Positions 38,900 to 49,872 of a DNA stretch of 64,000 nt are shown in pieces (within the stretch, counting starts at the first letter, position 1; each line of letters starts with the position of its first letter). This DNA comes from a virus, in IMG/VR virus record IMGVR_UViG_3300029922_000017, positions 32,001 to 96,000 of that record; one strand, 5' to 3'. Under the pieces are notes generated by a model, which was not told the origin of the DNA, made no database searches, and saw only the letters and a program-made list of their open reading frames with translations. The position numbers were made by a program, and so were the translations under genes.

Positions 38900-41129
38900 T
38901 TTTTTCTTTTCTATGAGAGTAATTATAATACTACAGTTACTTACTGATAAAAATAATCATTGACAATTAAATAAAAATATCTATAATCTCTTTTATGAAT
39001 TACTATTACATCAAATTTACCAGATGGAACGAAACATTGGGAGATGAAACTGTTTATGTTCTATTGGAAACTAAAATGGATTATCCCAATTGTGACTTGG
39101 TAAAATTTGAAGCTGCTCAATGGAAAGCATTCTGGAAGCAATATCCTCAATGGGAATGTAAATATAATTCCAAACATCTTCCACAAACTAATCTTGAAAA
39201 ACTTGGAAATTATTGGTCAACTCCCTCGGCTGGAAGGATACATCGAGTCAAATGGACTACTAAAATAGAAGAATTAAAATTGTGTTGACATTTAGATATA
39301 AATCTATATTCTTATTGATATATGAGACTCTACTTTTCAAGACAAGACAAAGATAAAAAGCAAGTGTGGCAGCTTGGAAATTTGCATGTTATTTCCAACA
39401 ATCATATGATTTTCTATGCCGACAAACCATTTACCTGCATATTAAATACAGGAGAATTTAGCGGGGATGTCTTGGAATTGAATATTGATAAATGGTTTAT
39501 GGATTTTAATCAACTTACAATTCAAGGATATGTAAGAGTAGGCGGAAAAAATCAAGATAATAATAGGTTTGGAGTGGATGCTTATTCATTTTATCAAACA
39601 ATACCGGCGGAATAACTTGACAAATAGATTAAAATCTATATCTTAATACTATGAAATACATCGAACATTTCTATATTCCCGGTTTGAGTGGATATGATAT
39701 TTCAATCAAACATGGGTCATATCAAGAAGCAGCATTGAATGGTATTTTCTATTTGAAATTCCTCAATATGGTGGATACCCTATGTTTGATGATGTATATA
39801 ACACTCATCAAATTGAAGATATGATTAATTCCGTATTTACATGGACATGAGAGAATACATTGAAGATGCCATCATTATTCTCCGGCTTATAAACGGAAAA
39901 CAATGGGCAAGTGAATATGTTCGATTGAGAATGGAATTTCACCGGCTGCATGGTCATGGATTGATCCAATCCACTTGGCACGGAGTTGATTTCTTCGATA
40001 ACGTATTGAAAGAATTGAACGGTGAAGATGTCGGTGAACCCAAAGGTGAATTTAGAAACAATTTTAAAAAACTCATTGACTTTGGTAAACAATAAAGTAT
40101 AATAATTTATATGAATGAAAAATCTTTTAGTCACGTTTGCCGACATGGAACTGTATTTACTGCCACTCGCTGTGATTTTCGGGGTGGGGTGGTAGTCAGT
40201 CACGTTCCCAAGAAAGAATTGCTGGCTATGGACATGGCTGAAATGATTGGGTATCATGCCGGTGTCATTCATCCCTTACTCAATGGGTTTCGAGGGTATG
40301 ACTGTATTTCATTTGACTTTCGCAAGTGACTGGGTATAATAGCTTATATGAAAATCAAACTTGAACTAGATACTTCCGAGTTTCTATCCAACAAAATATG
40401 GTTTAAATGGATTGGAATATGTATCTTAATTGGTGTTTTTTCTCGCCTTATCACAATCGGTGAAATTCAATATTGGCTGGTGGCATTCTCTCTTATCATC
40501 TTGGCCGATTTGAAACTTAATCCATCTAAAGCATGAATAAAGATATTCCGCCCAATTCAGATACATTAGAGAAAATTCCATTTGAAAAAACAATTCCCGA
40601 TGTATCTTGGTATCGCCATAATACATGGGAAAAAGGGCATTACAAGCGATTTCGTCATTATATGACCATGAGCCAAAATATTGACGGGTTTGAATTCTTT
40701 AATACTATCGGTGAAAACTAATATGACCAAAGAAGAACGTAAGAAATATCTCATGTCCAAGCACATTGATATGAATGACCCTATCGGTGAATTGCCAACT
40801 TCAATTGTTGACATTGAAGATGAATTGTCGGTGAATGATGGCTATCAGGAACATCAAAAAACAGCCACAAAGAAATTGACAAGTGACGAATAATTGATAT
40901 ACTTTTTATATGAAACATAACATTGAATTGGACGGAAAGAAATACGTATTGGATGCCGAACGTGCTATTGCCCTTGGGGTTCTTGCCACGCAAACATATC
41001 GTTATAGTGATGTGAAGCAAGGAGATGTCTTTACTATTGGTGAAGTTAAGGATTTGAAGAAGGAAAGAAGTTGACATCTGATAATAAAACGGTATAATGA
41101 GTTTTAGTTAATTGCATATTTGGTGGAAT

Positions 41130-41215
41130 GGCGATGTGGAGAAATTTGGTAAACTCAGCATTCTTAAAAAGTGCCGGCTAACGCCTTGTGGATTCGACTT
41201 CCACCATCGCCACCA
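41130..41215 (+). tRNA. tRNA-Leu(TAA)
   Basis: GCATT-CTTAAAA-AGTGC; variable arm GGC-TAAC-GCC; ACCA; downstream terminator. Confidence 0.92.
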
Positions 41216-41574
41216 ATTTCGAGCGGGATGGATTAACTTCCGCCCGCTTTTTTCTTGCCCTTAAGAGTAAGTATAACATATTAGATACTTATCTTATTCT
41301 TCTTCATAGGAAGATAATAAACTTTTTATTTGACTTCTATATAAAAATAGATATACTCTTTTATATTTATATGAAAAAGAAAAAATTGCCGGTCGTAACC
41401 TACGAAACTGTCATTACCATTAATGGCAAGGAACATGTTCAATCTTCAACTTCTTACACAGAGTCAGTCGGTGAAGCAATTACCGAGGGATGGTTGGAAA
41501 ATAAAGCATCCGAAATTATCGAATATATCAATGAAAACGATTGACATTTAATAAACAATCTCTATCATAAGCAT

Positions 41575-42120
41575 ATGATTACATTACAGGAACGGTTTAC
41601 ATCTGGAGTTGGTGGATTTGTTCCGCCATTGAATTACATTCAACTTACTCGAAATGATAAGGTAGCGGTCTATCAACGATCACATTCGGATGGAACTATA
41701 AAAGATTTTGAGACATTCCTCATAAAAATTCTCCCAAAAGGGACACAAGTATTTCAAACAACGACCGAAGATGATGAAGAAAAATATGCGGCAACATCGT
41801 CATTTGGACGTATTGCTTGGTCATTTCACGGAACGAACGGTAAGCAAGCCGCAATTAATAAATTCAATGAATTGAATACGGCTCAAGCGGTGAAAGATGA
41901 TGAGGAAACTAATGAAAGTGAAGTTACAAATTCTAATACTACGTTTATTTTTCCGGTTGGTAAATTTTCCACGAAAGACTTTGCCGAAACCAATCATTGT
42001 GAGTATATTACTGCCTCGTTGTTTATCAAGTCTGCGGTGAATGATGGCACAATTAAATCCGCCGGTTCGGAACGTAGAAATGTCAAAGGAAAAGCAACTA
42101 ATCTCTTTGAGAAAGTTTAA
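41575..42120 (+). CDS. Hypothetical protein with C-terminal wHTH-like segment
   Basis: FSTKDFAE...ITASLFIKSAVNDGTIK...KGKATNLF. Confidence 0.65.
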   Translation: MITLQERFTSGVGGFVPPLNYIQLTRNDKVAVYQRSHSDGTIKDFETFLIKILPKGTQVFQTTTEDDEEKYAATSSFGRIAWSFHGTNGKQAAINKFNELNTAQAVKDDEETNESEVTNSNTTFIFPVGKFSTKDFAETNHCEYITASLFIKSAVNDGTIKSAGSERRNVKGKATNLFEKV

Positions 42121-42355
42121 TTATGAAATCAATTCCAAAAGTTGGTGAATGTATTAAATACGTTGAATCGTTGGGATATAAGTTTGATTCATACATTAAA
42201 GGTAGTGGATATTTCTTTCGTATAATCCGACCCGAAACTCGTCCTCCCCATAATTGGGAAATGACGTGGACACTTAATGAAATGCGAAATGCGGTGAAAA
42301 ATGGTTGTTAATTTTATTGACTCTTCGGTGAAAATGTAGTATATTTATTCTTGTT

Positions 42356-42425
42356 GGTGCCAATTGTCTAGAGTAATTTCTTTATAAGAAATAAGTTCTT
42401 GGTTAGAATCCAAGTAGCACTACCA
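42356..42425 (+). tRNA. tRNA-Ile(TAT)-like with reduced D-arm
   Basis: ATTTC-TTTATAA-GAAAT; CTTGG-TTAGAAT-CCAAG; ACCA. Confidence 0.6.
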
Positions 42426-42433
42426 ATTTTGAT

Positions 42434-42509
42434 GGCTCTATGGTGAAATTGAATATCACATGGCTCTTCTAAAGCTATATTCCGGGTTTAAATCCCGGTG
42501 GAGCCACCA
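42434..42509 (+). tRNA. tRNA-Arg(TCT)
   Basis: TGGCT-CTTCTAA-AGCTA; GGCTCTA/TGGAGCC-ACCA. Confidence 0.88.
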
Positions 42510-42546
42510 CTACTACCATTTTTAATTTGTTCTTTTATAATTTGAT

Positions 42547-42828
42547 TGGCCTGAAGCTTAAATCTTTGTATAAGCTCTCGACTCATTGAAATTGGTGACT
42601 TTCTAGGGAAACCTAGATTGAAAATTGTGTAAATTCGGTGAACGGTTTAATATCCCAACGCCGAGCGAAATCTAGTAATAGAGACGTGTAGAGACTATAA
42701 TCACATACCGTAAGATTTTATCACGGTAAAGGCATAGTCCAGCCCACAAATACATATTATGTAGCGGCGAAAGTCGTAGAAGGGACGAATCGAAGGATAG
42801 CCGGGACGAGTGCCGGCCAGGCCAACCA
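42547..42828 (+). tRNA. tRNA-Met(CAT) interrupted by a group I intron
   Basis: Exons 42547-42586 and 42788-42828 join to TCGA-CTCATAA-TCGA; acceptor TGGCCTG/CAGGCCA-ACCA. Confidence 0.88.
42587..42787 (+). ncRNA. Group I intron (201 nt, no ORF)
   Basis: P AAATTCGGTGAA, Q AACGCCGAGC, R GTAGAGACTAT, S GGCATAGTCC; 5' exon ends in U, intron ends in G. Confidence 0.9.
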
Positions 42829-42835
42829 ATTTAAT

Positions 42836-42975
42836 TTTGAAAGTGACACGGTAAATGTCCTAGAGACAACGAGAGTAGAATATTCAATGGCTAATGGACT
42901 GCTGTTACTCTGTTAAGAAACCCGTAAATGCTCAGTCCATAAGGGCATCGCAATTAAACGTTCGACACTTTCGAA
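42836..42975 (+). ncRNA. Unnamed structured RNA (~140 nt)
   Basis: Closing stem TTTGAAAGTG/CACTTTCGAA; GAGTAG/TTACTC; crossing ATGGACTG/CAGTCCAT pairing. Confidence 0.5.
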
Positions 42976-44657
42976 TCTTTTCTATTGACTTCTAATTAAA
43001 TATAGATATACTCTTTTATATGAAACATAAAACGATTGATGAATTTACTGGCCCGCCGGCTGGCACCTTTAAGAAATTCTTAAATATGAAAAAAATTAAA
43101 GCATTACAACTCCTGCAAAAGTCATATTCCCAATCCATTGAAGAAAATGGCGATGTTGATAGAATTGAATTTCAAGGTGGCGTTGAAGAGATGTCATTTG
43201 ATATTAATTCAATTGCCGTTTCTCTTTATACCGACAATGAAACTTGTATTTTTGAATATCATTTCACCAAACAGAATTTGATTGATGCCAAGATTGAAAA
43301 GCATAAAATCACTCTTAAAGATGTAGATGATAATGAAGTTGGTATCTTTTGTTATCATTCTGTGCCGTGTGAATTGTAAAATTATTTGACATTTACGGGA
43401 AACGTGGTAATATTTATTCTTATATGGCAAAAAAGAAATCCAACAATAACGAACCGGAGAAAGTTCCTTCACCTAATCAGGTTAATCCGTCACATGAAAT
43501 GGATGAATTGGCTAAACAAGGAACTGCTCTATTAACTCCTGCTGATGAAATTCCTATTCCAGTTAAGCCGGTGGTAGTTGATGAGAAAAACATTTATGTT
43601 CGTGCTAAAAAAGTTATGTATGATGCTATGCCGCAATGGCGCAGAATAGAGTTGGATAAGATGTTTGAACGTAAAGACTTTGATAATAGACATTACGCTC
43701 AATTCATCAAGGACCTGAATGTAAAGGCTCAATGGATTGAAGCGGATGATGAAGAAAAAGCAAAGAAAGCATTGACTCCAGTTAAGAAATAAGTATAATA
43801 CCAATATGAAGAAACCATACGTTTTGCCAACCATTGCATCGCAAGAAACGGAAATTAAACTCCTCAAAGAATTGCTTTATATTTCGATTGAAGCATTGCG
43901 AGAGTGGTCAAATGATGAAAGTTCTGACCTGAAAGAAGTTGACAGGGCAATCAAGGAAAACGAAATCAATTTTAATAGTTAATTTGGGGGTCAGTCTTGG
44001 GGTTGGATTAACGGTAGAGTATTAATTTATTCTACCGTTTTTTATTTCTATCGGTCTTCCTAAGTATCTATAATGAAATACTTACCATCCGTCGGTGAGA
44101 CTCGGTGAATTTGGTGTCCTATTTTGATACAATAAATAAATCAAAATTCATTTGACATCTATTAAAAAATAGATATATTGATGTATATGAAAAATACAAA
44201 TCTTGAAATTGCCGTGTATGATTTAGTTGGTGCTATCAAACAAATTTGTTTAGGAAGCATTGAATATGTTGTTATTAACGACTCTGTTATTTCTTTAATT
44301 TATAATTGGAATAGCCATAATGCCGATATTAAAATTGATGTTGTCAATGAAACGAATAATTGGAATAGGATTAAAGACGAAATTATTAATCAATAAACAT
44401 TTGACATTTAATATTAAATAGATATACTCTTGTATATGAAAAACAAATTCCCAATTGGTAGTGAAGTAACTGCAACTCCGAAAGACGGAGATTTTGCCAA
44501 CGAATTCACCGGTATTGTTGTTAGTCACAATAAAGGATACATTCAAGTCCGTGACCAAGATGATAATGTATTTGATTGTGATGAAATTCAATTGACTTTG
44601 GAATAAAAATTGATATACTCAATTTATAGTTAAAACAAAAAACAAAACAAAACAAAC

Positions 44658-45119
44658 ATGAAAAACAAAAACAAAAAGAACGAAGTTCGTGGCGTCGGTC
44701 GTCCCTCCGCTACGATTAACTACCCCAACCGTAAATTCACCTTTTCCGATTTGAAGGCTGAAAATACTCACGTTACACCGCTCTGCCTCCGCAAGCATCT
44801 GGAAAAGGATGCGTTGCTCGGCAAGAAGTCGCTGATTGTGAAGTTGGACGAAAAGCGTCCCACTGAAAGCGGCAAGGGTCGCAAGCTCGAAGTGTATCAA
44901 AAGCGTTCCCGTCAGGGTATTGGCTCGGTTGCCAAGACGGTTAAGCCGGTGACGAAGACCGTCACTGTGCCGGTGGTGGCGATTGCTACCCCTGCGGCTG
45001 ATACTATCCCCATCCCTACCCCCACGGTGGAGACGGCTACGATTGCAGTTTCGCCCACGTCGCCCGAAATTAAGGCTCTGGCCGATGAATTGATTGGCAA
45101 GACTCCGGCAGTTGCCTAA
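44658..45119 (+). CDS. Basic DNA-binding protein (GRP motif + wHTH-like) with Thr/Ala/Pro-rich tail
   Basis: GVGRPS...FTFSDLK...LCLRKHL...GKGRKLEVY; GC-rich codons; terminator 45136-45170. Confidence 0.6.
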   Translation: MKNKNKKNEVRGVGRPSATINYPNRKFTFSDLKAENTHVTPLCLRKHLEKDALLGKKSLIVKLDEKRPTESGKGRKLEVYQKRSRQGIGSVAKTVKPVTKTVTVPVVAIATPAADTIPIPTPTVETATIAVSPTSPEIKALADELIGKTPAVA

Positions 45120-45500
45120 ACAAGTAAATTACATTAAAACGCTACTCTTAAATGGGTAGCGTTTTTTATTTGACATTTGTATTAATATAGATATACTCTT
45201 ACCCATGAATATTGACCTATCTAAAATAACAGATATTGAATTTGACGGGATTGACCATAAAGATTATCCTGAATATTGTAACGCATATATTAATAAAGCG
45301 TCAATTGAGATTACCCTACAAGAATATAATCTCTGTCAGGGTAGCAATCAAGTTTCCTATGATGGAAGATATTACAGAAACTTGACTGATACCGAATTGG
45401 AATATATTCAGGATAATCATGGAGATTGGGTTTATGAAAAACTTTGGAATTTTATTCATTAACATTTGACATTAGAATAAAAATAGATATACTCTCTTAT

Positions 45501-46301
45501 ATGAAACTATTAAATGTTGGCACCGACTCTAAAACAATCAAAGGTGAAGTGTTTGGTTATTACACTGCTATCTTATATCTTGCACCGGCCAATGAAAGCG
45601 GTGAAATTAATACTTGCCCCAATGCTTCAAATGGTTGTAAATCCGCTTGTCTCTACAATTCAGGATTGGCTGGGGTATTTCCTACCATTAAAGAAGCAAG
45701 AATTAATAAAACTAAATTCTTTGTTGAAAATCGCCAAGGATTTATGGAAACTTTGATCGGTGATATTAATAAATTAATTGCTATGTCAAAGCGTGACCAG
45801 ATGACTGGTGTTGTGAGACTTAATGGCACGTCGGACCTTGCTTGGGAAAGTATTAAGATTAATGGTAAAAATATCATGGAGCATTTTCCTGATATTACCT
45901 TCTATGATTATACAAAGTCTATTTCTCGTATGATGCGTTTTCTTAAAGGTCAATTTCCTAAAAATTATTATTTGACTTTTAGCCGGAGTGAAGATAATTA
46001 TGAAAGTTGCCGGAAAGTTTTGCGGAATGGTGGCAACGTCGCCGCTGTATTTCTCAAAAATCTGCCGGAAAAATTCATGGGTAAAACGGTTATTGTTGGT
46101 GATGATAGCGATTTGCGCTTTAATGATTTGAAGAATGTTATTGTCGGCTTAACGGAAAAGGGAAGTAAAGCCAAAAAAGATAAATCGGGATTTGTTATTA
46201 AGGTGGCATTGAATAAATTGAAAGTTGCTGGTTTTGTGGATTATTCTACGCCCCTGAAATTCAGCATGAAAAAGAACGGAATTCAATTGACAGTTGCCTA
46301 A
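45501..46301 (+). CDS. Gp88-like (radical-SAM-related) phage protein
   Basis: LYLAPA...NTCP.AS.GC..ACL; VRLNGTSDL; FYDYTK; NYYLTFSRSE; GDDSDLRF. Confidence 0.85.
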   Translation: MKLLNVGTDSKTIKGEVFGYYTAILYLAPANESGEINTCPNASNGCKSACLYNSGLAGVFPTIKEARINKTKFFVENRQGFMETLIGDINKLIAMSKRDQMTGVVRLNGTSDLAWESIKINGKNIMEHFPDITFYDYTKSISRMMRFLKGQFPKNYYLTFSRSEDNYESCRKVLRNGGNVAAVFLKNLPEKFMGKTVIVGDDSDLRFNDLKNVIVGLTEKGSKAKKDKSGFVIKVALNKLKVAGFVDYSTPLKFSMKKNGIQLTVA

Positions 46302-47295
46302 CAATCAATATACTAATTTTATGATTAAAACCAACGAAAAATATTACCGGTATCTTTACAAGCTACAAAATAGCGGTGAAACCAATATGTTTGGAGCCGG
46401 ACAATTTCTCCGTGATACATTTGGAATTGACCGTAAAGAGGCAACAGAAATATTGACTTACTGGATGCAAAATTACGAAGAAATTGCCAAAGAATTACAC
46501 ATTGACATTTAACAAACTATCAATATATTAATCATATGAAAATTAAATTGCCGGAAGGCCATGAATGGCGGGAAGCACAATCGGCAAGTTCAAATGAAAC
46601 CTTATTCATTTGTAAAGTGTGCCAAGCATCATTTACCCATGATATGATTGATAACTCAACTCAATTTGAAGATGGTATTAATGATGACTGCGGTGAAAAT
46701 GAAGAGCAAGAGTGCGTATGAAATATAAATCTCTTAAATCATTTACTCTAGCGGTGAACAAGATGGCTCGTCAAGATTGGAGAGTTCATCACGATTTTCC
46801 GGAAAGAATGATGGAATATTATTGGGAACAGAATTATACTCCTCGTCAAGTATTAACTCAATTGGCTACGGATGCCGAAATGGAAAATGCAGCAGAAGCG
46901 AGAATGTCTTAATTTATGTATAACTACACACTTGAAAATGGGAAGTTTCCAGACTTGACCGAAAAACAATTTTTATACTTGTTTAATATTGGCGGATTGA
47001 TATACTCGGTTGGCTATGGACATTGTAAATTTGCCGATGGAGTTTGCTATACTGATATTGAGCTGGCACTGAAAGGAATTCCCAATGACTAAAAATTATA
47101 TTATTGTCGGTGAAATGACTGGTCATGAAACTGCCCTATACTGGGGTAACAATTGGGAATGGATTGAAGATTTTAGTAAAGCTCAGAAATGGACAGATGA
47201 AGTTCTCCGTTTGGAATTGCCAATTGGTGCTACTGGCTGCATGGAATTAACTGAATTCGATTGACAAACAATAAAAAATAAATATACTCTTAAAT

Positions 47296-47688
47296 ATGAA
47301 CAATAATTACGACAATATCTATATCGAAGTTAGCAACAATACAGAATGTTTGGCGGCGATGCTCTTGCTATCAAAACTTTCAGGTAAAGAAATTAATGAG
47401 ACCTCACTTGACGCTGCGATTAATAATTGGTCATTCTATAATTTTGTAACCATTACTGGTGGAAATGTGGTTAGGAAAGTAGATTCTTATTCTGCCAAGA
47501 AGATTGTTTCTTTCAAAGAAATTGGAAATCTTGATGTGCTCATAAACGCAAAGGTAGAAGTTAAATTAAATTCTACTTATACCGCTATCGTAACCAACGA
47601 TACTGTTGAAGTTGGTTGTCAGAAGTTTCCTATCTCCATCATTGACGAATTGGTGAAAGCCCGTAAAACGGTGCTTGACAACAAGTAA
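47296..47688 (+). CDS. VGCQ-family paralog 2
   Basis: VKLNSTYTAIV...VEVGCQKFP. Confidence 0.75.
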   Translation: MNNNYDNIYIEVSNNTECLAAMLLLSKLSGKEINETSLDAAINNWSFYNFVTITGGNVVRKVDSYSAKKIVSFKEIGNLDVLINAKVEVKLNSTYTAIVTNDTVEVGCQKFPISIIDELVKARKTVLDNK

Positions 47689-47733
47689 AATTTAAGTATA
47701 ATTCAAACATAACAAAAAACAAAAAACAAAAAT

Positions 47734-48033
47734 ATGGAAAACATTATCTATCAACGCACTCGTGACCGTAAGAATAACCCAAATGGGGTTGTGATTGCTA
47801 TGAAACTTAAAAATGGCAAGGGAGTTAAATTTGGATGGAGTAAGGCCAATTTTAAGGCTGGCGACAAGTTTAACCTTCAAGAAGGTTTGCGACTGGCTAC
47901 TCAACGTGCCATTAAGGGTAGCACCAAGGAAATTCCACACTCTATTCAGAATGATTATACCGATATGGTAAATAGGTCCGTAAGATACTTTTTTAAGGGG
48001 ACATCGGTGAAAGTTGTTCCTGTCAAATCTTAA
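47734..48033 (+). CDS. Small phage protein with G.S....D.F...G..LA..RA motif
   Basis: VKFGWSKANFKAGDKFNLQEGLRLATQRA. Confidence 0.6.
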   Translation: MENIIYQRTRDRKNNPNGVVIAMKLKNGKGVKFGWSKANFKAGDKFNLQEGLRLATQRAIKGSTKEIPHSIQNDYTDMVNRSVRYFFKGTSVKVVPVKS

Positions 48034-48039
48034 ATTAAT

Positions 48040-48399
48040 ATGAACTCAAATAAATATGACATGGTCATCGGAACGTCAAATGTTGCCGAAAAATTGGCAC
48101 TTGGAGCCTTGCTCAAGTCGCTCGGTGAACCTACCCATTCAAAGTCGTTTGACCCCGCTACTACCGATGCTAGATATCTCAGTGTAAAGTTTATCACTGG
48201 AGAATGGGTGGGAAGTAGTTCGCAGTCTACCATTACATTTTCCGACTTCATTAAAGCCGAATTTAGAAGTAAAAAAACAACTGTAAAGTTGAATTCGGAA
48301 TATTCTGCGGAATATATTGATGGTAGTGATTTTGTGACGGTTGGATGTCAGAAGTTTCCGGTGTCGGTGATTAAAGAACTGGCCTCAAAACTTTCTTGA
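48040..48399 (+). CDS. VGCQ-family paralog 3
   Basis: VKLNSEYSAEY...VTVGCQKFP. Confidence 0.75.
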   Translation: MNSNKYDMVIGTSNVAEKLALGALLKSLGEPTHSKSFDPATTDARYLSVKFITGEWVGSSSQSTITFSDFIKAEFRSKKTTVKLNSEYSAEYIDGSDFVTVGCQKFPVSVIKELASKLS

Positions 48400-48840
48400 A
48401 AAAGTATTTGACAATTATTGGAAATCTGATATATTGTCTCTGTTGGTCGGTGAAAAGGCAAAAGTAGTTAAACAGGATAAGTAAGATTGCAAGCCCTTCA
48501 ATCTTTACCAATAATTAAAATTTGTGTAACAAAAACGGCGTGACTGTCGCTTACAAAAAACAAATATATCCACTAGTCAGGATATACAACGGGACATTTG
48601 ATATTAGTCTCGTCGGAACGGAAGTAATTAGCCTAATCCGAATTATAAAAGAACGGTTTTTATGAGCAAGTTTTTTCCATAGGAAATAAAACTGCTTTTT
48701 AAAGAAAAGTAGTGTAGTTTATGATAGAAAAACTCCTATGGAGTTCTACATTATAATAGGTTTACTATTTCCTACTGAAAATAAAAAAGCGGTGTTTTAC
48801 GGTATTTTTTGTCCGAGTAATTCAAAAATACCATTAATTT

Positions 48841-48914
48841 TGCAGATTGTTGTAATCCGGTAACATATGAGGCTCATAACTTCATGTTCACGTTCAAATC
48901 GTGGTCTGCTACCA
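48841..48914 (+). tRNA. tRNA-Met(CAT), initiator-like
   Basis: TGAGG-CTCATAA-CTTCA; unpaired 1:72; T-loop TTCAAAT; ACCA. Confidence 0.85.
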
Positions 48915-49449
48915 TTTTTCCAAATTGTTCCTCTACAAATTTTGGGTTGTATTTCCCCATATCTTTAATGATATATGGAGTATATCCCATTTTCTTAATT
49001 TCTTCAATTTTAATATTATCTCTATTTTGAACTTGTTTAACCGAATGTTTTTTTGTTATTTTTTCATAGTGCCATTTACCATTCCACAATATTGCCAATT
49101 TATAATCAGGAAGTATAACATCAGCATCCCAATCGTTAAACATTGGTTCGTTGGTCAATACAGTCTTAAATTGTTTCTTACATAATTCGGAAAAATAAAT
49201 TTCATTTTTACTTCGCCTACTTTCAACTTGAACTTTAATCGAGTTCCTACCCATACGGGTATAGTGACCATTAGATTTCATACTATCAACTATACATTTT
49301 CGACAAGTTTGCTTCAATCTAATAGAACGTCGGAGTTTTGCCCATTTTTTATATTCCATAACACTATTACAAATAGGGCAGTTTTTTCTAAATGGTGGAA
49401 AGTGTTTGGTTAATGTTGCTCGAATTTTTTCTTTAGTTGTATCAGTCAT
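48874..49449 (-). CDS. PD-(D/E)XK homing endonuclease with Zn finger
   Basis: CPIC..CRKC; SKNE...WDADVILP...AILWNGKWHY...RD..K; C-terminus overlaps tRNA antisense. Confidence 0.8.
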   Translation of the reverse strand: MTDTTKEKIRATLTKHFPPFRKNCPICNSVMEYKKWAKLRRSIRLKQTCRKCIVDSMKSNGHYTRMGRNSIKVQVESRRSKNEIYFSELCKKQFKTVLTNEPMFNDWDADVILPDYKLAILWNGKWHYEKITKKHSVKQVQNRDNIKIEEIKKMGYTPYIIKDMGKYNPKFVEEQFGKMVADHDLNVNMKL

Positions 49450-49534
49450 ACATATAAATATATAACCACCGACCTTTACGTTGAAAAATCTTTAAATATT
49501 ATTTGACAAATAAAAAATTTCTGATAGTATGTTG

Positions 49535-49618
49535 GTGTTATTAGGTGTTCATCTAGTGGAAGGATACCGTGCCATCCAGCCGGTTACGGGAGTTCGATTC
49601 TCTCATGCTTAATGACAT
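49535..49618 (+). ncRNA. tRNA-like RNA with broken anticodon arm and extended acceptor stem
   Basis: GGGAG-TTCGATT-CTCTC T-arm; D-loop TAGTGGAAG; GTGTTATTAGGTG/TGCTTAATGACAT stem; own promoter at 49503. Confidence 0.6.
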
Positions 49619-49872
49619 ATTAATTTTGGTTTCTCGTAAGAGATTATCCAAATCTATGAATGAAGTCCCATTGAGGTGTATCGCAATGGAATAAATTGAA
49701 GGATAAATCAGATATTAACTAGGCTCCTTCACTAGCTGAAATAGATTAAAAACAGTCTATTAATACCTTGTATAAGGAATTATATTAATGGACACCATTT
49801 AAGCCGGTAATTAATTTTGATTGATATTTCATACTATCAATAAGATTTAGTTACTGGCTTTTTAATTTTACT

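Larger units (their letters stand above)
36499..48399 (+). other. Rightward early-gene block of small ORFs with individual promoters
   Basis: Transcription diverges at ~36.3 kb; repeated TTGACA...ATAGATATACT-N6-10-ATG units. Confidence 0.75.

Noticed and set aside
42434-42509. Amber suppressor tRNA (CTA)
   Set aside because: The 5-bp stem TGGCT/AGCTA gives loop CTTCTAA with anticodon TCT (Arg).
48455-48510. c-di-GMP-I riboswitch
   Set aside because: GGCAAA and GCAAGCC fragments are present but the GNRA-capped P2 and the P3 receptor are not.
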